NCBI GenBank assembly: GCA_025961275.1
Contig: JAOQNJ010000001.1
Coordinates: 59,353 to 83,352 of the forward strand
Direction of reading: 5' to 3'
DNA: 24,000 nucleotides
DNA from: Providencia alcalifaciens
GTDB lineage: Bacteria > Pseudomonadota > Gammaproteobacteria > Enterobacterales > Enterobacteriaceae
In this document: positions 10,860-19,331 of the stretch, piece after piece
How the letters are laid out: every line of letters starts with the position of its first letter
How positions within the stretch are numbered: the stretch's first letter is position 1
The notes under the pieces: model-generated
Databases searched by the model: none
What the model was told of the DNA's origin: nothing
Seen by the model: the letters and a program-made list of their open reading frames with translations, nothing else
Translations under genes and position numbers: made by a program

Positions 10860-11981
10860 ATGGTTTTTTCTCTTCGAGATACGCTTTTTTCTTTATTGAC
10901 CTTAGATGGCATTTCTGGCCATGAATTACCTATCGCAAATGTAATGCAGTCGCATCTTAAACATAGTGCGAAGGATATTTGGCAAGACAGGTTAGGTAAT
11001 GTGGTTGCTTGTTACGGAAGTGATGCTCCAGATGCACTACGTTTGATGGTATTTGCTCATATGGATGAAGTGGGATTTATGGTTCGTAAAATTGAACCGT
11101 CAGGCTTTATCCGTTTCGAACGAGTGGGAGGCCCCGCACAAATAACAATGCCTGGTTCTGTCGTTCGGCTTGCGGGCGAGCATGGATCAATATCTGGATG
11201 TATTGGTATTAAATCCTATCATTTTGCTAAAGGAGAAGAGAGAACTCAAGCCCCTTCAGTTGACCAACTTTGGATTGATATTGGCGCAAAAGATAAAGCG
11301 GATGCTGAAAGAATGGGGGTTCAGGTTGGTACACCAATCACGCTTTATAATCCACCACAAGAGCTAGGCAATGACATGATTTGTAGTAAAGCGTTGGATG
11401 ATCGGCTTGGTTGCACAGCATTACTAGGTTTAGCTGATGCTGTAAAAGATAAAACCTTAGATATTGCCTTGTTTATTGTTGCTTCGGTACAAGAAGAATT
11501 TAATATCCGAGGTATCCTCCCTGTATTACGCCGTGTTAAGCCCGATCTCGCTGTGGGAATCGACATCACTCCCTCATGTGATACACCTGATTTAAAAGAT
11601 TATTCAGACCTAGTGATTAATAAAGGCGTCGGAATTACCTGTCTAAACTATCATGGTAGGGGAACGCTTGCTGGGCTAGTCACACCTGTTCGTCTGATTA
11701 ATCTGTTAGAAAAAACCGCATCTAAAAATCATATCCCTGTGCAACGAGAGGTTGCACCGGGGGTAATCACTGAAACTGGTTATATACAAGTTGAGCTGGA
11801 TGGCATTCCTTGCGCTAGCTTATCTATTCCTTGCCGTTACACGCATTCACCTGCTGAAGTTGCGAGTTTACGTGATCTCAACGACTGCATTCGGTTGCTT
11901 TCTGCATTAGCAACAATGCCTGCTAGTCAGTTCCCTATCGAGTTTAATTCAGATAACTATCAAGAGGTAACATCAAAATGA
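10860..11981 (+). CDS. sgcX: M42-family (glutamyl aminopeptidase/endoglucanase-like) metallopeptidase, SgcX-like
   Basis: Motifs LDGISGHELPIANVMQ, VFAHMDEVGFMVR, WIDIGAKDKADAERMGV, SKALDDRLGCTALL, FIVASVQEEFNIRG, GIDITPSCDTP. The start at 10860 is preferred over ORF start 10776 because of an AAGGAG RBS at 10845-10850. First gene of an sgc-ordered operon. Confidence 0.88.
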   Translation: MVFSLRDTLFSLLTLDGISGHELPIANVMQSHLKHSAKDIWQDRLGNVVACYGSDAPDALRLMVFAHMDEVGFMVRKIEPSGFIRFERVGGPAQITMPGSVVRLAGEHGSISGCIGIKSYHFAKGEERTQAPSVDQLWIDIGAKDKADAERMGVQVGTPITLYNPPQELGNDMICSKALDDRLGCTALLGLADAVKDKTLDIALFIVASVQEEFNIRGILPVLRRVKPDLAVGIDITPSCDTPDLKDYSDLVINKGVGITCLNYHGRGTLAGLVTPVRLINLLEKTASKNHIPVQREVAPGVITETGYIQVELDGIPCASLSIPCRYTHSPAEVASLRDLNDCIRLLSALATMPASQFPIEFNSDNYQEVTSK

Positions 11982-12256
11982 AAAAAATCCTCGTCGCTTG
12001 TGGCACAGGAATGTCGACATCAACAATGATTGCTCAAAAATTACAAAATTATTTATCCGATGAAGGATTTAGCGTGTCCACCTCACAATGTTGCTTAAGT
12101 GAGATCCCTTTAAACTGCCGAGGCGTTGATTTGATTATAACGGCTATGAAAACAGATACCGACTATGGCATACCTGTATTAAATGGAGCGGCTTTACTCA
12201 CAGGAATTAATGACGATGTATTAAAAGAAAAAATTAAAACGCTGTTATCCCAATAA
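11978..12256 (+). CDS. sgcB: PTS enzyme IIB component, galactitol-type, SgcB-like
   Basis: 92 aa. MKKILVACGTGMSTSTMIAQKLQ (phospho-Cys loop CGTGMSTS). 4-bp ATGA overlap with the upstream gene. Confidence 0.88.
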   Translation: MKKILVACGTGMSTSTMIAQKLQNYLSDEGFSVSTSQCCLSEIPLNCRGVDLIITAMKTDTDYGIPVLNGAALLTGINDDVLKEKIKTLLSQ

Positions 12257-12277
12257 ACCTAACTAAAAGGTGGCGTT

Positions 12278-13591
12278 ATGTTTGACTATATACTTTCTTT
12301 AGGCGGTACTGTTTTTGTTCCAATAGTCATGATCATCATTGGGTTGATATTCCGCATTCCTTTATTACAAGCTATCAAAGCAGGTGTTACGGTCGGTATT
12401 GGTTTTGTCGGTATGGGTTTGGTTATCGTCATGGCGATTGACAGTCTGAGTTCCCCAATCAAAATTATGATTGAACGTTTCGGTTTATCTCTACATGTAC
12501 TTGACGTAGGTGCGGGGCCAGCATCTGGGGTGGGATATGCAACAGCAATTGGTGCGATGATTATTCCAACCATATTTCTACTCAATATTGCACTATTGTT
12601 TACGCGTTTAACGAAAACGATGAATGTCGATATTTATAACTATTGGCATTACGCGATCACTGGAACCGTAGTGCAACTTGCTACAGGTAGCATAAGCTAT
12701 GGTATAGCAGCCGCAATGTGTCATGCCATACTTTCGTTTAAAATGGCTGATTGGACAGCAAAGCGTGTACAAGCTATCGTCGGTTTGGAAGGCATCTCAA
12801 TTCCACAAGGGTATGGTTCTAGCTCTGTCCCCCTTTTTGTATTGCTCGATTCAATCTATGAAAAAATTCCATTCATGAAAGGAAAAAATGTTGATGCTCA
12901 AGCTATCCAAAAACGCTATGGCATGATTGGCGATCCGGTCATTATTGGGGTTGTACTTGGTTTATTATTTGGGTTAGCCGCAGGAGAAGATTTTAAAGGC
13001 TGTTCGACACTCGTGATCACGGTTGCGGCGATTATGGTGTTGTTTCCTCGAATGATCCGTTTGATTGTTGAAGGGTTATTGCCTATCTCTGAAGGTGCAC
13101 GAAAATTTTTCCAGAAACATTTTCGTGATCGCGAAGTATACATAGGCTTAGATACAGCGGTGACATTGGGACATCCAACTACGATAGCCGTTGGTTTAAT
13201 CCTCATTCCAATCATGCTAGTACTTGCGAGTATTCTTCCATTAAATAATGTGTTACCGCTGGCGGACTTGCCAGTTGCACCTTTCTTTATTTGTATGGCT
13301 ACTGTAATCCATCGAGGTGATTTACTGCGCACATTGCTTAGCGGTGTGATTGTGCTGAGTACGGTTTTGCTTATCGCAAGTGAGTTCGCGCCTTTCTTCA
13401 CCGAAATGGCTCGCAGTGGAGGATTCAATTTTGCCGAAGATGGGGCACAAATTAGTGCATTGTCCGTAGGTAATATGTTTGGTTGGTCTATCTACGAATT
13501 AATGTCATTTGGTTTTATTGGCGTAATAGTGACAGTGGGAATTGTCGCTTGTGTTGTTATCTTCTTACGCAATTGTGAACTATCAGAATAG
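12278..13591 (+). CDS. sgcC: PTS enzyme IIC component, galactitol-type, SgcC-like
   Basis: 437-aa membrane protein. FDYILSLGGTVFVPIVMIIIGLIFR...VGIGFVGMGLVIVMAI...LDVGAGPASGVGYATAIGAMIIPTIFL; AVTLGHPTTIAVGLILIPI. Confidence 0.88.
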   Translation: MFDYILSLGGTVFVPIVMIIIGLIFRIPLLQAIKAGVTVGIGFVGMGLVIVMAIDSLSSPIKIMIERFGLSLHVLDVGAGPASGVGYATAIGAMIIPTIFLLNIALLFTRLTKTMNVDIYNYWHYAITGTVVQLATGSISYGIAAAMCHAILSFKMADWTAKRVQAIVGLEGISIPQGYGSSSVPLFVLLDSIYEKIPFMKGKNVDAQAIQKRYGMIGDPVIIGVVLGLLFGLAAGEDFKGCSTLVITVAAIMVLFPRMIRLIVEGLLPISEGARKFFQKHFRDREVYIGLDTAVTLGHPTTIAVGLILIPIMLVLASILPLNNVLPLADLPVAPFFICMATVIHRGDLLRTLLSGVIVLSTVLLIASEFAPFFTEMARSGGFNFAEDGAQISALSVGNMFGWSIYELMSFGFIGVIVTVGIVACVVIFLRNCELSE

Positions 13592-13601
13592 GAGTATGGA
13601 A

Positions 13602-14408
13602 ATGAGTTGGTTAAAGGAAGTTATTGGAACAGAAAAAGCAGTCATTGCCATGTGTCATTTGAGAGCGCTGCCGGGGGATCCTGATTTTAATCGGCATCAT
13701 AACATGCAATGGGTACTTGATAGAGCATATGACGACCTAATGGCGTTACAAAATGGGGGGGTGGATGCGGTTATGTTTTCCAATGAGTTCAGTTTACCTT
13801 ATCTCACTAAAGTCAAACCTGAAACCACTGCTGCAATGGCGCGGGTTATTGGCCAATTAATGGGAGAAATACGTGTACCTTTTGGTGTGAACGTACTTTG
13901 GGATCCCGTTGCCTCCTTTGATTTAGCCATGGCAACGGGTGCTAAATTTATCCGAGAAATATTTACGGGTGCTTATGCAAGTGATTTTGGTGTATGGGAT
14001 ACCAATGTAGGTGAAACAATTCGCCATCAACACCGAATTGGGGCTAGTGATGTAAAAACACTGTTTAATATTGTACCTGAAGCCGCTATTTATTTAGGTG
14101 GACGTGATATTTGTTCCATAGCGAAATCGACCGTTTTTAATAATAAACCTGATGCTTTATGTGTTTCTGGGTTAACTGCAGGAGCAAAAACAGATAGTGC
14201 TATTTTAAAGCAAGTGAAAGATACGGTGCCGGATACTGTCGTTTTCGCGAATACGGGAGTTTGTCTTGAAAACGTTGAAGAACAACTCAGTATTGCTGAT
14301 GGATGTGTGACGGCTACCACGTTCAAAAAAGACGGTGTTTTCGCCAATTTTGTTGATCAGTCACGAGTTGAAAGATTTATGGAGAAAGTGCAGGGCATAA
14401 GACAATAA
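13602..14408 (+). CDS. sgcQ: BtpA/photosystem I assembly-family TIM-barrel protein, SgcQ-like
   Basis: MSWLKEVIGTEKAVIAMCHLRALPGDPDF, NGGVDAVMFSNEFSLPYL, PFGVNVLWDPVASFDLAMATGAKFIREIFTGAYASDFGVWDTN, DALCVSGLTAGAKTD. RBS aggag at 13590-13594 supports the start at 13602. Confidence 0.85.
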   Translation: MSWLKEVIGTEKAVIAMCHLRALPGDPDFNRHHNMQWVLDRAYDDLMALQNGGVDAVMFSNEFSLPYLTKVKPETTAAMARVIGQLMGEIRVPFGVNVLWDPVASFDLAMATGAKFIREIFTGAYASDFGVWDTNVGETIRHQHRIGASDVKTLFNIVPEAAIYLGGRDICSIAKSTVFNNKPDALCVSGLTAGAKTDSAILKQVKDTVPDTVVFANTGVCLENVEEQLSIADGCVTATTFKKDGVFANFVDQSRVERFMEKVQGIRQ

Positions 14409-14409
14409 A

Positions 14410-14436
14410 AAGAGATAAGTCAAAAACTTATCTCTT
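14410..14436 (+). other. Intergenic RNA hairpin 1 (sgcQ-sgcA)
   Basis: 11-bp perfect stem AAGAGATAAGT (14410-14420) / ACTTATCTCTT (14426-14436), loop CAAAA, no following T-tract. Confidence 0.7.
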
Positions 14437-14450
14437 GGAATAATGAATCA

Positions 14451-14494
14451 ATAGAGACCCCGCAATCTTCGCCAAAAGGTAGGCGGGGCTCTAT
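14451..14494 (+). other. Intergenic RNA hairpin 2 (sgcQ-sgcA)
   Basis: ATAGAG(A)CCCCGC (14451-14463) / GCGGGGCTCTAT (14483-14494): 12 bp with one bulged A, 19-nt loop, no T-tract after it. Confidence 0.7.
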
Positions 14495-14533
14495 AAACAA
14501 GCATATACAGAACTCCAAAGGAGTCAATATACA

Positions 14534-14968
14534 ATGATTGATGATGTAAAATGGATCCAAATAAACCAAGTGGCTAAGGATTGGAAAGATGCTATCGCTA
14601 TTGCCTGTACACCTTTAATTACCCATGGTGCAGCTGAGCCACGTTATTTACAAGGTATCATTGAAAACACCAAAAATTGGGGGCCGTATTACTTAATTGC
14701 TCCAGGTATTGCAATGCCTCATGCAAGACCCGAGCAAGGTGCGATTCATAATCAAGTCGCGGTAACTATACTCAAACATCCCGTTGTTTTTGGTCATGAA
14801 GATTGTGATCCTGTGTGGTTATTAATTGGTGTTTGCGCCACACAGAGTGATGACCATATTCGATTAATCCAGCACATTACCCAGTTTATTGATAATTCAG
14901 TATTACTTGATGAAATTCGTGTTGCTCATACAGCAAGTGACGTTTTTACATTAATAAATGCACAGTGA
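14534..14968 (+). CDS. sgcA: PTS enzyme IIA component (Fru/Mtl-type fold), SgcA-like
   Basis: 144 aa. LITHGAAEPRYLQGIIENTKNWGPYYLIAPGIAMPHARPEQGA (phospho-His in GIAMPHARP). RBS aaggag upstream. Confidence 0.87.
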   Translation: MIDDVKWIQINQVAKDWKDAIAIACTPLITHGAAEPRYLQGIIENTKNWGPYYLIAPGIAMPHARPEQGAIHNQVAVTILKHPVVFGHEDCDPVWLLIGVCATQSDDHIRLIQHITQFIDNSVLLDEIRVAHTASDVFTLINAQ

Positions 14969-14990
14969 TATAGATATGAGGGGAATTGCG

Positions 14991-15620
14991 ATGATCATAC
15001 ATCCATCTTTGGCTTCAGCTGACCCTCTGCGTCTGGGGGACATTATGGATAATTTTGCTAATGAAGAGATTGGTTCACTCCATTTAGATATCGAAGATGG
15101 TAATTTTATCAGTAATATTACTTTTGGGCTCAAAGTGGTGAAGGCTGTTTCACAAGTGACAAAGCACGCATTATCAATCCATTTAATGGTTGTACAGCCT
15201 GCTTTTTGGATACGAGAACTCGCTCCTTTTAGTCCTAAATGGATTTTCTTTCATCCTGAAGTTGTTCAAAATCCTTCAGAAATTATTGCCGAGATAAAAA
15301 AGATAGGCGTCAAAGCCGGTTTAGCATTGAACCCCGCAACACAGTTTGAGCCTTACCAGTATTTAATTGAACAGTTTGATGCTGTAATGGTGATGACGAG
15401 TGAGCCTGATGGGCACCATCAACAATTTATTTCTAATATGAAAGATAAGATTCAAAAAATTACACAAATGTCACCAAAATTAGCGTGTTGGGTCGATGGT
15501 GATGTCAATCTGGATAACATCACAATATTAAAAAAAGCCGGTGCAACGCACTGTGTAGTGGGTAGATCGCTTTTTTCAAACGATAATTACGCTATAACGC
15601 TTGAAAAATTAAGACATTAA
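14991..15620 (+). CDS. sgcE: Ribulose-phosphate 3-epimerase-like protein, SgcE-like
   Basis: MIIHPSLASADPLRLGDI...SLHLDIEDGNFISNITFG...IHLMV...LNPAT...MVMTSEPDG...CWVDGDV...VVGRSLF. Start at 14991 preferred (aggggaa RBS, matches the SgcE N-terminus). The ORF track start 14958 would overlap sgcA. Confidence 0.87.
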   Translation: MIIHPSLASADPLRLGDIMDNFANEEIGSLHLDIEDGNFISNITFGLKVVKAVSQVTKHALSIHLMVVQPAFWIRELAPFSPKWIFFHPEVVQNPSEIIAEIKKIGVKAGLALNPATQFEPYQYLIEQFDAVMVMTSEPDGHHQQFISNMKDKIQKITQMSPKLACWVDGDVNLDNITILKKAGATHCVVGRSLFSNDNYAITLEKLRH

Positions 15621-15638
15621 ATTCGGAAGGAGACAGCG

Positions 15639-16412
15639 ATGAGTTTGTATAAATCTGATCGGATCCAGCAGATGTTACATTATCTTTGGAAATGTCGAGA
15701 GCTTTCAACGCAGCAAGCTATTGAACTATTTGGATGTGCAGAAGCTACTATCCGGCGCGATTTTCAATATATTGCCGAGCATTATCCAGGAATGAAGCGA
15801 ACGCATGGGCGTCTTGATTTTGATGATAGCACCACAGATAAAGAGTCCCAATTTGATGTTAGGCGTTCCTTAAATTGTAAATTTAAACGTGAAATTGCCT
15901 TAATTGCTCGTGAATTAATTCATGAAGGAGATTGTTTTTTTCTTGATTCAGGCTCTACATGCCTTGAATTAGCAAAATGCCTAAATGATATTAAAGTGAA
16001 AGTGATTTGTAATGACATAAAAATAGCCAATCAATTAGGTGCGTTTCCAAATGTGGAAAGCTACATTATTGGAGGTCTAATAAGACCGGGCTACTTCACG
16101 GTTGGGGAAAGTTTAGCACTAGAAATGTTAAATTCATTTGCGGTTGATCGCGTATTTATGTCTTGCGATGCACTTTCTATCGAAATGGGAATCACTAATG
16201 CCACGATGTTTGAAGTTGGGGTAAAGCGAAAATTGATTACACGTTCTCAGGAGGCCATTTTACTTGCAGACCATACTAAGTTCGATATGTTTGAGCCACA
16301 TGCAGTTGCAACCTTGTCATGTATTAAGACCATTGTAACTGATAGCGGTTTATCGAGTGAAATCCAACAGCGTTATCGGCAGGCTGGATATGAATTAAAA
16401 TGTGGTTATTAA
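15639..16412 (+). CDS. sgcR: DeoR-family transcriptional regulator, SgcR-like
   Basis: 257 aa. N-terminal HTH RIQQMLHYLWKCRELSTQQAIELFGCAEATIRRDFQYI, sugar-P sensing domain FFLDSGSTCLELAKCL, VFMSCDALSIEMGITNATMFEVGVKRKLI, ILLADHTKF. Confidence 0.88.
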   Translation: MSLYKSDRIQQMLHYLWKCRELSTQQAIELFGCAEATIRRDFQYIAEHYPGMKRTHGRLDFDDSTTDKESQFDVRRSLNCKFKREIALIARELIHEGDCFFLDSGSTCLELAKCLNDIKVKVICNDIKIANQLGAFPNVESYIIGGLIRPGYFTVGESLALEMLNSFAVDRVFMSCDALSIEMGITNATMFEVGVKRKLITRSQEAILLADHTKFDMFEPHAVATLSCIKTIVTDSGLSSEIQQRYRQAGYELKCGY

Positions 16413-17296
16413 TTTTTTTTATAACTTCTAAAGAAATAAAAAATTGCGTTGGATAAAAGATGTGAACCCAAATACTCTGTCTTATTAGATGAAATCTATA
16501 GCCTATTTCTTCACTCAGCCTAAGTACATCTAAACTGTAAATTCACTGAATAAAGCAGATCAAAGAATAATACGAAATCATCACATCAGTAGGGTTGTCC
16601 GATTGATTGAGGATTTCTGATAAGTAAATTCCGCAAGTAATAATTAAAAATGTAGCATATTATCTGGTTTCAACATAACGTGACTGTCCCGCGAGTTTTT
16701 AGACTAATTAAATATTCAATAGCGAGATAATGGAAATAAATAACGCCAATATAGTGCTTTTAGTTCATTGATAGAGCCTTGTGGCTATTTATCTTTGCCG
16801 CTGATTTTTACTGACTAATCGGTTTAAATAACAGCAATAAACTCATATCACGTAATTGAGTGTCTAAAAAAACATCACCCTAAACCCTAAATGAAAAGCG
16901 CCCTTCGGGTTCGATTAAACGCGATTTTTCGCTGTATTGAGCGACTCTCGCCTTGCTTGAAATACGTGCAATTAGAATCAAAATTGACCTTCAAAGATAA
17001 ACAGCGCCTAGTGCTTAAAATTAAATTTTTTAAATGCGAGCTATTAAGGCTAAACAAATATCATGTTTAATTGCTAAATTAGCAATATATTATACTTATA
17101 TTTTTGAGTTGGAATAAAGCCAAATTAAAATAAAATATAAGTATTTAAAATAAAGATTAAAATTTAATATTATGTTTGGGGATTAATCTAAGCTTCTAAT
17201 TTTAAGCCTCTTTATTATTAAAAAAACGTAATCTGATGTTGAGAAAGTTAGTTATAACAATTTAATGTAATAAATGAGCGTGGAATCACAGTAATT

Positions 17297-17341
17297 AATT
17301 CTCCTTTAAGATTAGAATCTATTTAATCTTCAGGAGGAATT
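17297..17341 (+). promoter_or_regulatory. Possible Shine-Dalgarno-sequestering leader stem
   Basis: AAGATTA (17308-17314) pairs with TAATCTT (17324-17330). AATTCTCC (17297-17304) pairs with GGAGGAATT (17333-17341) with one bulge. This would occlude the AGGAGG immediately upstream of ATG 17344. Confidence 0.5.
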
Positions 17342-17343
17342 CT

Positions 17344-17793
17344 ATGATCTCAAGTTTTGCTTCATTTATAAAAATAAGCTTTCTATTTTTGCTCTCTTTT
17401 GATTGCAAATCTAGGGCTGTTTTGAGCAAAATTTGTTGGTTTATTCCTATCTCTTCTTTAGAAAAAGATGAGTCAATTTATAATCAGCAGTCAGAAAGTG
17501 ATATTTCGACTAATTGGTCTCAGTTATGGCTGAGTGCTCAGAAACTTTGTGTTTCTTTATGCTCAAATACGGCTGAAATTATTGAAAATAAAGTTTCTTC
17601 GAAACAATTAACGTCGCTTAAAGCGCGTAAGCGTTATGAACTACTGTTCTTATCCCTTGTTTCAAGCTTACGCCAATTGATGGTTTGCCGTCACTCAAGT
17701 GGTGCGCCTGGAAATATTAACGGTTCATCATTAAAGCTTTTAAAAGCACAATGCGCATTTTTGCCATTGTGCTTTTTTTATTATCTAAATTAA
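17344..17793 (+). CDS. Hypothetical 149-aa protein, first ORF of the mannosidase/PTS cluster
   Basis: ATG preceded by strong RBS aggagg at 6-8 nt spacing. Ends 18 bp before the IIB gene. No family recognised; Ser/Leu/Cys-rich with a hydrophobic N-terminus. Confidence 0.5.
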   Translation: MISSFASFIKISFLFLLSFDCKSRAVLSKICWFIPISSLEKDESIYNQQSESDISTNWSQLWLSAQKLCVSLCSNTAEIIENKVSSKQLTSLKARKRYELLFLSLVSSLRQLMVCRHSSGAPGNINGSSLKLLKAQCAFLPLCFFYYLN

Positions 17794-17811
17794 ATTTTTC
17801 AAGGAGTTGTT

Positions 17812-18132
17812 ATGTTTATAGTTTGTGTCGCGGCGTGCCCTACAGGAGTTGCTCATACTTATATGGCTGCGGAATCGCTCGATATTATTGGGAAAAAAAG
17901 AGGACATGAAATAAAAGTTGAAACCCAGGGAAGTATGGGGATTGAAAATGAAATTACAGATGAAGATTTAGCGCGTGCAGATGCGGTCGTGCTTGCAGCA
18001 GATGTTGCCATTATCAATAGAGAGCGCTTTGATGGGATGATTAAACTTGAATGCAGCGTTGCAGATCCCATTAAGCACGGAGATGCCATTTTTGATGCGA
18101 TAGAGCAGGAGATAAATAATGGTGAAGTTTAA
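17812..18132 (+). CDS. PTS enzyme IIB component, fructose-type
   Basis: 106 aa. MFIVCVAACPTGVAHTYMAAESL (phospho-Cys motif CPTGVAHTxMAAE), VVLAADVAI. RBS aaggag. Confidence 0.93.
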   Translation: MFIVCVAACPTGVAHTYMAAESLDIIGKKRGHEIKVETQGSMGIENEITDEDLARADAVVLAADVAIINRERFDGMIKLECSVADPIKHGDAIFDAIEQEINNGEV

Positions 18133-19234
18133 AGGGGGCTCAACACCAGGTATTGGTACTGAGATTAAAAATGCCATTATGACCGGTGTATCATGGATGC
18201 TGCCATTCGTGATTGCAGGTGCAGTGATTATGGGTATTTCTCGTATCGGTGCATCGATGTATGGCATTGATAATATTTGGGATTCAAGCCATGCAGAAGC
18301 GACCAATGTCATCATTCAGATGCTACATAAATTTGATGGTTTTGGTGGATTAGCGCTGTCATTAATGCTGCCTATTGTCGCGGGCTATATCAGTTTTGCG
18401 ATAGCTAATAAGCCAGGTTTAGCACCCGGTATGGTGGGTGGATTACTGGCGAGCAATCTCGGAACTGGCTTTCTTGGCGCGCTTGCAGCTGGGTTTATTG
18501 CTGGATGTATGGTTCGATTATTGGCTAAATATATCAAACTACCAAAGTCACTTGCTTCAGCAGGGCCAATCTTTATCTTGCCAGTAGGTGGAATATTACT
18601 AACCTGTTGCATCATGGCATTTGTGATTGGCGCTCCTTTAGCTGCGCTTAACCATGGAATGGAAAATTGGTTATTATCCATGTCTGGTTCTAACAAGATT
18701 ATTTTAGCGATGGTTATTGGTGCGATGGTGGGCTTTGACCTTGGTGGACCGATAAATAAAGCCGCTGTCACCACCGCAATGGCATTGTTGGCATCGGGAA
18801 TTTATGAACCAAATACTGCGGCACAAGTTGCTATCATTATTCCACCGATTGGTATTGGTGTAGCAACCTTAATATGGGCAAAACGTTTTCCAGAATCTTT
18901 GCGTGAAGCAGGAAAAGCCTCCACATTAATGGGATTAATTGGGGTTTCAGAAGGTGCAATTCCATTTGCTTTAGCGAATCCAAAAATCATCATTATTAAT
19001 ATTATTGGCTCTGCAACGGGCGCGGCAATGGCTGTCGGCCTTGGTACGTTAAACCATGCACCTATTTCTGGATTTTATGGATGGTTAGCTGTGGATAAAT
19101 GGCCGATATATGTATTATCGGTAGCGGTGGGCTCCGCAATTATTACAGTTGGGTCATTATTAATTTTTCGTGGGGCTGAACCAGTAGAAAATAAAAAAAC
19201 AGAAGCTGCTCCTAAATTTAAAGTAGGTCGTTAA
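18119..19234 (+). CDS. PTS enzyme IIC component, fructose-type
   Basis: 371-aa membrane protein. IMTGVSWMLPFVIAGAVIMGI, AIANKPGLAPGMVGGLLA, AMVGFDLGGPINKAA, GLIGVSEGAIPFALANP. 14-bp overlap with the IIB gene. Confidence 0.93.
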   Translation: MVKFKGGSTPGIGTEIKNAIMTGVSWMLPFVIAGAVIMGISRIGASMYGIDNIWDSSHAEATNVIIQMLHKFDGFGGLALSLMLPIVAGYISFAIANKPGLAPGMVGGLLASNLGTGFLGALAAGFIAGCMVRLLAKYIKLPKSLASAGPIFILPVGGILLTCCIMAFVIGAPLAALNHGMENWLLSMSGSNKIILAMVIGAMVGFDLGGPINKAAVTTAMALLASGIYEPNTAAQVAIIIPPIGIGVATLIWAKRFPESLREAGKASTLMGLIGVSEGAIPFALANPKIIIINIIGSATGAAMAVGLGTLNHAPISGFYGWLAVDKWPIYVLSVAVGSAIITVGSLLIFRGAEPVENKKTEAAPKFKVGR

Positions 19235-19243
19235 TCGCATCGT

Positions 19244-19266
19244 TATATTATTAAAACAATAATATA
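19244..19266 (+). other. Intercistronic hairpin between IIC and mannosidase genes
   Basis: TATATTATT (19244-19252) / AATAATATA (19258-19266), loop AAAAC. AT-only stem without a T-tract. Confidence 0.45.
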
Positions 19267-19331
19267 TTAATTAGCGTTTATAACGTTATGGATCCGTTCA
19301 CCCTAAAAAAGATTATTTAAAGGTTACATAA

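Noticed and set aside
12286-14347. Antisense ORFs 12286-12585, 12916-13428 and 14090-14347
   Set aside because: They mirror the sgcC and sgcQ coding regions. Their low-complexity Pro/Thr/Ile/Lys-rich translations are typical of antisense reading of membrane protein genes.
17275-17290. Possible CRP site upstream of the mannosidase cluster
   Set aside because: TCACA at 17286-17290 is present, but the left half is TGAGC rather than TGTGA. Too weak to call.
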